This document shows, in pieces, positions 6,706 to 18,700 of a DNA stretch of 29,326 nt. The DNA is from a virus. Taxonomy: Duplodnaviria > Caudoviricetes. Under the pieces are notes generated by a model that ran no database searches, was not told the DNA's origin, and saw nothing but the letters and a program-made list of their open reading frames with translations. The stretch is from IMG/VR virus record IMGVR_UViG_3300020151_001234, positions 1 to 29,326 of that record, one strand, 5' to 3'. Position numbers and translations under genes: made by a program. Numbering within the stretch: position 1 is the stretch's first letter; each line of letters starts with the position of its first letter.

Positions 6706-9700
6706 ATGTCAGAAATTAAAAGAGTAAAAATTGGTTCTATCGTAGAATCACAGATTCCAGAATTTTTATCCGTAGAGTCTCCTCTTTTTGTGGAGTTTCT
6801 TAAACAGTATTATCAATCATTAGAACATCAATCTGGTTCTATTGATATTATTTCCAATATAACTCAATATAAAAATTCTAAAAAATTTAATAATATTGAT
6901 TTAATTGAAAGTACCTCTTTAACATCTGACGTTTTAGCTTTTGATACCACAATAAATGTATTATCGACCAAAGGTTGGCCTGATACATATGGATTGTTAA
7001 AAATAGATGATGAAATAATTACATATCTATCAAAAACAGAAACTACTTTTGAAAATTGTATTAGAGGATTTAGTGGAGTTGATAGTTTAGAGTCCTTAGA
7101 TAATCCAGAATTTTTACAATTTTCTTCTACAAGTGCATCAGAACATATCAGTGAGACTGTAGTTAATAATTTAAGTAATTTATTTTTAACTAAATTTTTT
7201 GAAAAATTTAAATTTGAATTTTTACCTGGATTTGAATCCAGAGATTTTTATGAAAATATATCTATAGAAAATATAGCGTATAGAATAAAAGATTTATATT
7301 CTTCTAAAGGAACTGACCAATCATATAAACTTTTATTTAAAATCCTCTATGGATCTGATATCGAAATTATAAAACCACAACAATACACTTTATCGCCCTC
7401 TTCTAATTCTTATTTTATAACGAAAAATATTTTAGTAGAAAAAATTTCTGGCGGAAATCCAATAGGAATTAAAGGTAATTTTCTATTTCAAAGTGTACCT
7501 GGAATTGGTACGGTGAGTGCTTCAATTTTTAATATTGAATATAGACCGGTCGGCAGTAAAGAATTTTATGAAATTTCTTTAGACAGTACTTCACTTACTG
7601 GAAATTTCCAAGTCTCTGGTAAAACTAGAATACTAGAAGATGTCTCAATTAATGGAGACACTATTTTAGTGGATTCTACGGTGGGATTTGCTAATTCTGG
7701 TACTATCTTGGTAAAACCAGAAAATTCTGATTTTATTGAAATCGACTACACTGGAAAAAATATTAATCAGTTTACTGGAGTTACTAATATAACTAAACCC
7801 TTAGATTTTGGGCTTGATCTGATTGAAGAAAAATTTGCTTACAGTTATATTGGAGTAGGAAATACATCAAAAGTTGAATTTAGAGTAGTTAATGTAATTG
7901 ATAATATTGATTTTTCAAAAACATCAAATCTAAGAGTAGGCGATACCATCGCTTTATCTGGGTTCGGTAAAGATTTATATAATCAATATGAATTCAACAG
8001 TTGGATTTATAATATTCCTACAAATCATGATATAGAAAATATTTCACAAGTTGATGCTACAAAATACCGAATTAATTTGTTTGATAAAGTTTACTTTTAT
8101 CAAACGGAAAAGATTTTACTTGTAGATAATTTGGGTAATACAACAGAAGTGGATATTTTATCTGTAGAATATTCAACTTCTGATATAATTAAGAAATATA
8201 GTAATAGAATTTTGATTCAAGCTACAAATATTGGATCTTTTAATATTTTAACTGCGAAAACTGTAAGGAAAAAAATCTATAAGACCAATCACTACAGTAA
8301 CTATTTTGAAGGATTAGAGAATATCCCTTCTGGAGTTCAAAATACGTATATCGATTCAAATGAAGAATATTTTTATGTTACATCATCAGGATTACCAAAT
8401 TATACTCTTTTTTCTACAGACAATAAAAAAACAGTAACAACTCCAGTTGGGACTTCTACAACTGATACATTTAATGTCTCTAATCACAATTTTTTAAGTG
8501 GTGAATTAATTTATTATCAACCAGGAACTTCTTCTGGGATATTAACTGGATTGTATTATGTTACAAAAATTGATAATAATAAAATAAAAATATCATATAG
8601 TAAGTCTGATATTTTTTCAAAAAAATATATTCAAACTACTTCTCCAATTATTGATGATATCATATATAAATCTGGATATCAAAATAAAACTTTAAAACAT
8701 CAAAAACTTTTAAAGAAATTTGGTCTTAGTAAATCAAAAGCATCTTTTGACGATGTAAATGAAAGAACTACATTTAATAGAGAAATTGGATTACTTGCAA
8801 ATGGCGTAGAGTTACTATCTCCAAATTTATTTGATGAAAACATTTATTATGGAAATATAGTATCAATAGATGTTATAAATGCAGGAAAAGATTATGACGT
8901 AATTGATGTCCCTCCTCTAGATATAAAAGATGATACTGGAACAGGAATTAAAGCTCATTTAAATATTTCAGGAACTGTTAGAGATATTAACATATTAAAT
9001 GCTGGATATGGATATCAAGAAAAGCCAAAAATTACGATAACCGGTGGTAATGGTGTAGGATGTGTACTGGAGTCTAATTTTGTTAAAACTAAAGTTTCTG
9101 CTGGATTTAAAGCAGATATAAATGTAAGTACCCCAAATAATACAATACAGTTCCTAAATACAATTCCTTTTGAAGATGGGGAAGAAATTATCTATGATTC
9201 TAATAAAAATAGTAGTATACCGGGGATTGTAAATGATTCAACTTATTTTGTAGGCATTCAAACAGATAATAAGATTAAACTTTATAATACTAGAACTGAT
9301 GCCCTCCGAAAAATAAATGAAATTGATATTGTTGGAGTTTCTTCTGGATTTCATTTTGTATCAACATTAAAAAATAAAAATACTTTTACAAAAATTTATG
9401 TAAAAAATCCAGGTCAAGGATATTCCAATAGAAAAATAAAAATACCATCTGCACTTTCTGCAGACAGTAAAACTATTGGAATTAATACTTTTGATTCATA
9501 TGTTTTTGCAAAAAAACATGGATTTAAAGATTTTGAATTGGTAAAATATTCATATGAAAACTCTCCAATAAGTGGATTATCATCTTTAACCCAATATTAT
9601 GTTAAAGTTATAGATGTTAATAAATTTAGACTTTATGAAGCTGGAATTGGTACAACATTAAACAATGAAAATTATATTAAAAATAAATTTGTAAAATTTA

Positions 9701-12700
9701 ATTCTTTAGGTATCGGTACTCATACTATTGGATATCCACCGATTGAAGTTCATGTAGAATCAAAATCTTCTGTGGGATCTACTACAACAATAAGTACAGA
9801 ACTAAAACCCATCATATTAGGATCAATTGAAGATGTTTACTTGGAAGACGGTGGAATTGGATATGGATGTACAGATATTATTAACTATCATAGAAGACCT
9901 AATGTTGGAATTGCCAGTATAACATCCGAGGCAATTTTAAAACCCATCATTATTGGTGGATCAATTGTTGACGTTCAAATTATTGATAAAGGAAGAGGAT
10001 TTAGAGAAAATTCTCAAATATCAATTTCTGGTGATGGAAATTATGCACAAATAGAACCAATCGTAGAAGGCGGTAGATTAATCAATGTTAACATTGTTTT
10101 TGGTGGAGTAGGGTACGGATCTTCAAATACTATACTTACGTTAAAAAATAGAGGCCAAGATGCTAGGTTTTTAGCTAATGTGAATGAATGGAAAATAAAT
10201 CAGGTCATAAAATCTAAAAATATTATATCAAGTGATGATGATGGATTAATTAATCCAAGCGATAATCCTAATTTGGGACTACAATTTATTCATTTTTATA
10301 TTCCTAAAAAATTAAGGTATCAGTTATCGGATAATTTTACTGATTCCAATAGAGAAAGTAGTGGAATATTACAGCATTCTCCAATTTTGGGTTATGCTTA
10401 TGATGGTAATCCAATCTATGGTCCATATTCATATGATACTTCGACTGGTGGATTCATAAGAAGAATGAATTCAAGTTATGCATTAAATGTCAACCCTACT
10501 CTTGGAATAAGACCGCCATCTTTTGAGAGTGGATTTTTTATTGATGATTATGTGTATACTGGAGCTGGAGATCTGGATCAACATAATGGAAGATTTTGTA
10601 TTACTCCAGAATACCCTAATGGAACTTATGCATATTTCACTACTATAGACGTTAATGCCTCAAATGAATCCATACCCAAATATCCTTATGTTATAGGACC
10701 ATATTTCTATGATAAACCAATAAATGATAACTTCCTACCATTGTACAATCAAGATGTTAATATTTTTACTACAAATTTAACAAGAAATATTGGACCATAT
10801 TATTTAAATAGTAGTAATTCATATTACGATTTGATTGACAAAGTATCAGATGAATATAAACAAGAATTTTTTGTAACTTCAATAAATTCTGGTAAAATAG
10901 AAGACGTTTCAATATTTTCTCCTGGAGATGGATATAAAGTAAATGATCCAGTAGATATAGACATAACTGGTACTGAAGGTATACAATCCAATATAGTTGT
11001 CAGTCAGTTGGAAGGTAAAGAAATAGAAGCCTTTACTATACCTGAAGATACCATACCAAATGCAGAATTTTTTATAAGATATCCCAATACTGTAGTTAAA
11101 ACTAGTTCTCCACATGGAATTAAAAATGGTCAGCCAATTTTAATAAGTGGAATATCAACAATTACTTCATCAAAATTTGAAGGAATAAAATATGCTGAAG
11201 TTGCAGAAAAAGAAGTTCAGTTAGTGGATAATATTGGTAGTGATATTGTTACAGGTGTTTCTACTTTTATAACAGTAAAAGATATTAATGGATTTAAGTC
11301 AAATGATTTTATAGGTATTGGCTCAGAAATTTTATTAATCACTAATATAGATGTTAGAAGATCTGGATTTTACGTCAATAGACTTCAAAATACTGGAGTC
11401 CACACATCAGGAGTCGATAACGTCGTTTTATTACCAAGAGAGTTTAAAATCCCTACCGTAGAGGTAAAAGATTTAACATTTGAAAATTACACAACATTTT
11501 TTGATCCAAGACTTACAGTGGGTGTTGGTACAACTGGATCAGTTCGTGCTGTTGTTGGATTTGGAACTACGACTTTTGAAAATACATTTATACCATCTAA
11601 GAACATATATCTACCATCACATAAGTTTTATACAGGGCAACCACTCATTTATAATTCTGGTTTTGCTGGTACATCTTTATACGTCAACAATGTAGGATCT
11701 GCAGTATCATTTAAATTAGAAAATAACCAGATAGTTTATGCTGTAAATTTAGGCAAAGATTATATTGGACTATCTACAATTGGATTTACAAGTTCTACTG
11801 GAATTGGTACTAATCTAAAATCCGTAGAATTTTGGGATCAAACTTTTGCTTATGGGGTTATTGGAGCAGCTCACTCATTAACTACTTTAAATCCTAAGGT
11901 CACTGGAACTGTACAAAAAGTATTAGGAGTTGTAACTACCACATCAAACCATAATTTAACTACCGGCGACATTATAACTCTCAACTTAACTACAAATTAT
12001 AATGAAGTCGTCAAAGTTATTTTTGACCCTGTAAATAGAAAAGTCTTAATGCGAGAAATTATTTTCTCCAATAGTAATGTTTCTGTATCAGAAGATTCTA
12101 TAGATATCTCTGCGTATGATGGTAATATAGAAACAGGAGATAAGGTTGTTTATGTTGCTAGTTCTCCTATAAATGGACTTGATAATTATGGTGTTTATTA
12201 TGTTTCAAAAACAGATTTTAATTCTATAAAATTATGTCAATATAGAAGTGATATAGATGATTCTAATTTTATTAATTTTTCTTCCACTGGTGGAACAACA
12301 CAAAAATTATATTTTATTAATCCACAAATTACATGTGTAAGAACCACAAAAATAGAATTTGATTTATCTGACAGTAGTTTATTGAATCTTGATATGCAAT
12401 TTTATTTTGATTCTGCTTTTGTCGAAAAAATTAATGAAAGAACTGGAATTTTTGTTGATAGACAAGGAACATCTGGAAATTCTGGAGCAAAAGTTATTCT
12501 GGACCTCTCAACTCAATTTTTTCCAATATATTATGGGTTATTCCCCAAAGGGTCTTCTGTTGAAAGTGCAAAACAAATATCTCCAGATGTCGATGTAAAT
12601 TCTCATAATAAAATTTCAATCATAAATCATCAACTTAATGATAAGTTTGAAGTAGCAACTTCTTCCGATAAAACATTTACGTTCTTTAATACTAAGAAAT

Positions 12701-15700
12701 TAACTTCTTTTGAAAAAGAAGTAGTCAGTCAGAGTGCTACTAATTTTTCATACAAAACTACATCCTTGACAGCTTCGGGTCCAATATCTAAATTAAAAAT
12801 TAATTTTCCAGGTAGAGGGTATAAAAAATTACCTAATATTAGAGAAGTTAAGAGTGATTCTGGTAAAGATGCGGTAGTAAAACTCATATCACCAAATATA
12901 GGTAGAGTCGAAACTTTCAGTAGGGTTAAAGATGGATTTGATTATCCAACAGATCCAACCCTATCACCATCTTTAAGTGTACCAACTGTTATTGGAATAA
13001 AAGATATAAGAACCATAGATTATGTTGGGATTATCACTGGTGGTAAACGATATAATACCGCACCAAAACTGATCGTAAAAAATGATAATAGTGGAATTGA
13101 ACTTAGTTCTAATGTATCAGGTGGATCTATAGTTTCTGTAGATATCATTAAGAACTCCACCTCATTATCATCTCCTCTTGAAATTATTCCAATATACAAC
13201 TCAAATGGATATGAAATTGACTCAATTTCTGTTGCAGGTAATCTAATAACATTAGAGTTGTCAAACACTCCAGGATTTACTCCTTTTATAACATCTGGAT
13301 TTGGTAAAACTGATTATGAATATCCATTTAAAATTGGGGATACAATTTTTATTGAAAATTGTAGATTAACTGATGTAACAAAACATCAAGCTAACTTTAA
13401 TTCGTCTTCATATAATTATTCTTCTTTTGAAGTTATAGGTGTAAGTACCTCTAATAATACAGTAACTTATAATATGACCGGAATTACTACAGGTTCCTTT
13501 GGTGCATATAGTGATGAATTTAACTTGGGAGTTGTTATTAATACCAATGATTTTCCTGTGTTTGACATGATATTGAAAGATGATGTTAGTTATATTTCAA
13601 ATGAGAAGGTATCTTCAGCTACATTTTCTGGCACAGTAATGGAGAATGGTTGGGATAATAATCTTAATCAAATGAGATTAAAAAACATTTCTGGAGAAAT
13701 TAATGTTGGAGATAAAATTTTCGGAGAAACAACAAAAATTAATGGTACAGTTGAATATTTTGATGTATTTAATTTATACGCTACTTTAGGAGTATCTAGA
13801 GACAAAACCTCTTCTATAGATTTTTCTTCTGGTATTACTAATGATTATTTGCAAAGAATTTCGGATAATTTTTACTATCAGAAGTTTTCTTATTCAATTA
13901 AAGGAAACATTCCCTATAATATCTGGAGAGAATCCGTAAGATCTATCGTACATCCTTCTGGATTTAAAGAATTTTCCGATTTAGAAATTGTTACTAAACC
14001 AACTTTAAATGAAGTTAATTTGGGAATTGCTAAATCATCCGATATGAAGCCAAGATTATTGGCTACAGATTCATTTACATTTATTAATATTGATCAAACA
14101 ATACCTCTAAGTATTCGGAAAAATTTTGCCAGAGTTTATGAAGAAGAGTTATCTCCCGATGGATCTACTCAAAATGTATATTTTGATGAAGGAGTTGATT
14201 TAAGTTCTTATATAATGAATAGAACAAATAAAGTTATTGAAATTGATGATATCAGCAATCAATTTGAAGGAAGTTCTATTCAATCTTTAGATGGACGTTT
14301 TTCCGATGCTTCTGACTTATTGGATGGTAACAGGGAGTTTATCCAAGAAGAGGTAGTTGGATTTATTACCGCTACATATCCCGGAATTACAACAAATCCC
14401 GATTGGGATAGAACTATTTGTAAAAGAGACGTTGGGTATATTGTTGATGCAATTACACATGACCTCAAATATAAATCAAGTAATAAAACAATTGAAGCTG
14501 GACTTGCTTATTGGACGGGAGCTGGTGGAACAAGTTATGTAGCGGGAGAGTCTATAGAAACTATAGCCGGATTTAACTATATTATTGATCTATCAAAATA
14601 TATTATTAATAATGTTGGAGTTAAAACTTCCTATCAACTCGGGAATACTGTTAGTATTTCTACGGCAGTTTATAATAATATAACAGGAATAACTACGATT
14701 ACCACATCTAGTGCTCATGGATTGTCAACAACTACTACGAATTATGTGGTGTTGAAAGACATGTCGTTCTCATGCAACTCTGGCGGAGGCATAAACACAG
14801 CAATTTTCCCAAGTTTAGGAGCTGGTCCTGATGGAAATGGTCCACTGTCACCTAAAGGATTTGTTTATAGTGTAGAAGTTATCGATGCAGTTAGATTCAA
14901 AGTAAATCCTGGACCATCTACCATATCACATACTTATGTTAGTGGGGGTACAATTCAAAAGGCATTTATATCTACGTCACAATATAGTAATTCTGCAATT
15001 TTACCAGACGTTGATTGTAGTCCAACTTATAGTGAAAATTGCTGTGCAGATGTTTGGACTGCTATTGGTAATTATGTTGGAATAATAACTTCAATAATTG
15101 GAATAGGAACTACAGCTGCTCCAAATACAATTCTATATCCATCTTTAGCTAGAGGTGGATCTGTAGTTGGATTAAGTACATTTAAATTGAAAAACAACGG
15201 AATATCCCTGTTTAAACATGAGTTTTCCGGAACTAGTATTGATGTTGTTAATGATAAATTTGTAATACCAAATCATAATTTCCAATCTGGTCAAGAACTA
15301 ATTTATTCATATTCCAATGGAAGTCCAATTGGAATCGCAACTACTTCTTATGTTACTGGTAGTGTCGATACTCTTTTAAATGTACACCAGTTTAATGGAA
15401 CCGCAATATATGAAAATGGATATAGTGTAGCGATATCCACAACCGTTTCTGGCACGGTTCCAACTGGGCCAACTGGTACTATAAACTATACTCAAGTAAT
15501 AGGATTAAACACGACTGGACTTGGAACTGACGCAACATTTAATGTATTAATTTCATATAGCGGCGGTGGAGTTGCTTTATCAACATCAGTAGTTTTAACC
15601 TATGGTGGAAGTAGATATAATGTTGGTGAACAAGTTTCTATATCTGGAACATATTTTTCTGGAACAAGTCCTACCAATGATTTAACATTTATTATTTCTA

Positions 15701-18700
15701 AAACTGGTCCAACTGTAATACAGGCTCAAGCAAATACAAGTTATTCATCTGTTCCTTCTATAGATTTGAGTGGAGCTACATTTAATGTATCAAGAAATTC
15801 TTCTGGAGAAATTAATTACGTACAGGTTGTAAATGGTGGATCTGGATATAATGCTAACTCAGTTATTTCTGTAGCTGGAACATATATTGGAGGAACTGGA
15901 TCTAAGGATAATTTATCTTTCAGACCATTAGAACTTGGTACTAAAAACTTACCAATTTCAGTGTTTGTGTATAAGTTAAATGATAATGAATTTAAACTTT
16001 CTGGATTATCTACTAGTGTATTTTTAAATATAACTGGTGTAGGTACTGCTATACATTCACTGTCTTATAAAAATCCAAATTCTAGTGCTATAATTACAAT
16101 AGACGGAATAATACAAAAAGCTGTATCTAGAAAATCATTGAATGTTTCTCTAGCTTCCAGTGTTTCATCAGCTTCAACAACAATATTGAGTATTTCTTCT
16201 GGAATTTCATCCATATCTGTTAATGATATTATCAATATTGATGATGAATATGTTTCGATTAGAACCATCGGAATAACCTCTTCCAATCAAATAGAAGTTA
16301 TACGTGGATATTTCGGTACAGTTTCCACAGCTCATACTATTGGTGTTGCTGCAACGGTTTTAACTGGTAATTTTAATATTGTTGGTGATGTAATTTATTT
16401 TGACCAACCACCATACGGAAAGATTGGTCCAGTAGGGTTGGAAACTGGATCTATTTTTGGAGGACGAGCTTTTAGTAGAAGATTTGATCCAACTGTTCCT
16501 CAAGATAGAAATCTGTTATTTGATGACATATCTTTATCTTTTACTGGAATTGCCGCAACAGAATTTACCATAAAATCTAATGGACAAACTACTAATACAA
16601 TTTTCAATAATGTAAATAGTTCCACTGAAATTAACAATAACCCAATAGTTTTAATTAATAATGTCTTCCAAGATCCATCAATTGATTATACGGTAGATGG
16701 TAGTGGTACAAATGTACTTAGATTCTTGTCAGGTACTCCAAGTTCTGGAAGAATATCAAAAGTTTCTATATCAACTAGTTATGGGTATGTCCCTAGAATT
16801 GGAGCAGCTGCTACTGCAATTGTTTCTGCTGCTGGTACTATTAGTGGTATAGTTCTTACTGGAGCTGGATCTGGATATAGATCTGTACCTGTTGTTAGTA
16901 TCGCATCCACTATTGGATTTGGCGCAAGTATCACGGCTACAGTGAGTGCAGCGGGAACTATTACTGGATTTGTCATAGTTAATGCTGGATCTTCGTATAC
17001 ATCAACGTCTATTCCAGAAGTTGTTATTGGAATACCAACAGGTTACAGTAATCTGAGCTTGGGTTATACTGGAGGAACTTCTGGAGTTGGTCAGAGAGCC
17101 AAACTTACTGTTGAAGTTGGTATGGGATCTAGTATTATTTCATATAAGTTTGATCAATCTGGAGTGGGATACAAGGCTGGAGATAAACTTACACCTATTG
17201 GAATACCCACTAATGCATCATTTGGTTTTGAACCGTTTGTCCTAACAGTTGAAGATGTTGAAAAAGATAGTTTCTACGGTTTTTATCCAGGTCAATTTAT
17301 ACGATTTGATGATATTACTCAATTTTTTAATGGATTTAGAAAGAAATTTACACTTTCAACTACTGTAAATGGTGTAAGGCAGACTATAGGTTTAAAAGTA
17401 CCTGAAGGGACTGATCTGGATATAACCAATAATATTTTTATATACATAAACGATATATTACAAGTTCCTGGTGTATCTTATACATTCTCAGGAAGTAGGA
17501 TATCATTTACTGAGGCTCCTAAATTTGGTTCAAAATGCGTTATTTTATATTATAGAGGATCTTCGCTTGATGTTGAATTGATTGATCCACCCAAAACTAT
17601 TAAGACGGGTGATAGTATAGTAATTCAAGAAAACCCTCAAGATCCATTTGATATTTCCCAATTTGATAGGATAGTTAAAAAAATTACATCTTCGGATCAA
17701 TTAGAAACCTTTAATTATTATTCTGTTGGTATTATTACTGATTCTACAAAAATCAGGCCTTTGACTTGGAAAAAACAAGTTCAAGATACCGTCATTAGTG
17801 GAACTTTATATTCTAAGGCGAGACCAAGTTTACAAAGTAACATTAAACCATCTGCAACTGTCATTAAAAAAGTAAAATCGGAAGACAGTGTAATATACGT
17901 TGATAATGCATATCCTCTATTTTCGGACATTGATTTACTGTCAGAAGACATTCGAGATTTGTTAATATTAGAGAATCGTTCTATTCAAGAGTGTTTAGCT
18001 CAAACCATAGTTTCATCTTCTTCTACAATTTCATCTATTAATATTATAAATGGTGGAGTTGGATATGCTAATACTCAATCACCAAAAGTAATTATTTCGG
18101 AATCTTTAATTAATAAAAAAGATCCTATTTTTAATTGGACAGGTTCAGTTGGTTTATCTACTACATATTCTTTAAAATCCATTAAATATACAAATAAATT
18201 TATTGCTGTTGGTAATAATTCAGTATATTCTACTAGTTTTGATGGAATAAATTGGCAAGTCTCTACTATTGGTTTTGGCGTAACTTCTAGTTTTAATTCT
18301 TTAGAAACAGTTGGAGTTGGTACAAGCAACTTCTTAGTTTCTGTGGGCAATTTAGGTCAAATAGTAAAGGCTACAGATTATGGAAACGTTATATCTTCTT
18401 GGACTCAAATGCCTTTATTGGATGATTTTGTAGTTCCTGGATTGGGTGCAGTTAATAAAGTAAGTAGTGGTTATACTGGAACATTCAATGAGGTAGTATA
18501 TTCTAGTGTAACTAATACTTGGGTTACTGTTGGAGCTGGTGGGTCTATATTTATTGGAACTGGGATATCTACAGATTCTTTTGTAAGTAGATATTCAGAA
18601 ACTCTATCTAATTTGAATAGTGTTGCTTTTGGAGCGGAATATTTTGTCGCAGTTGGTAATGATGGAGTAATTAGAACATCAAATAATGGAAATATTTGGG

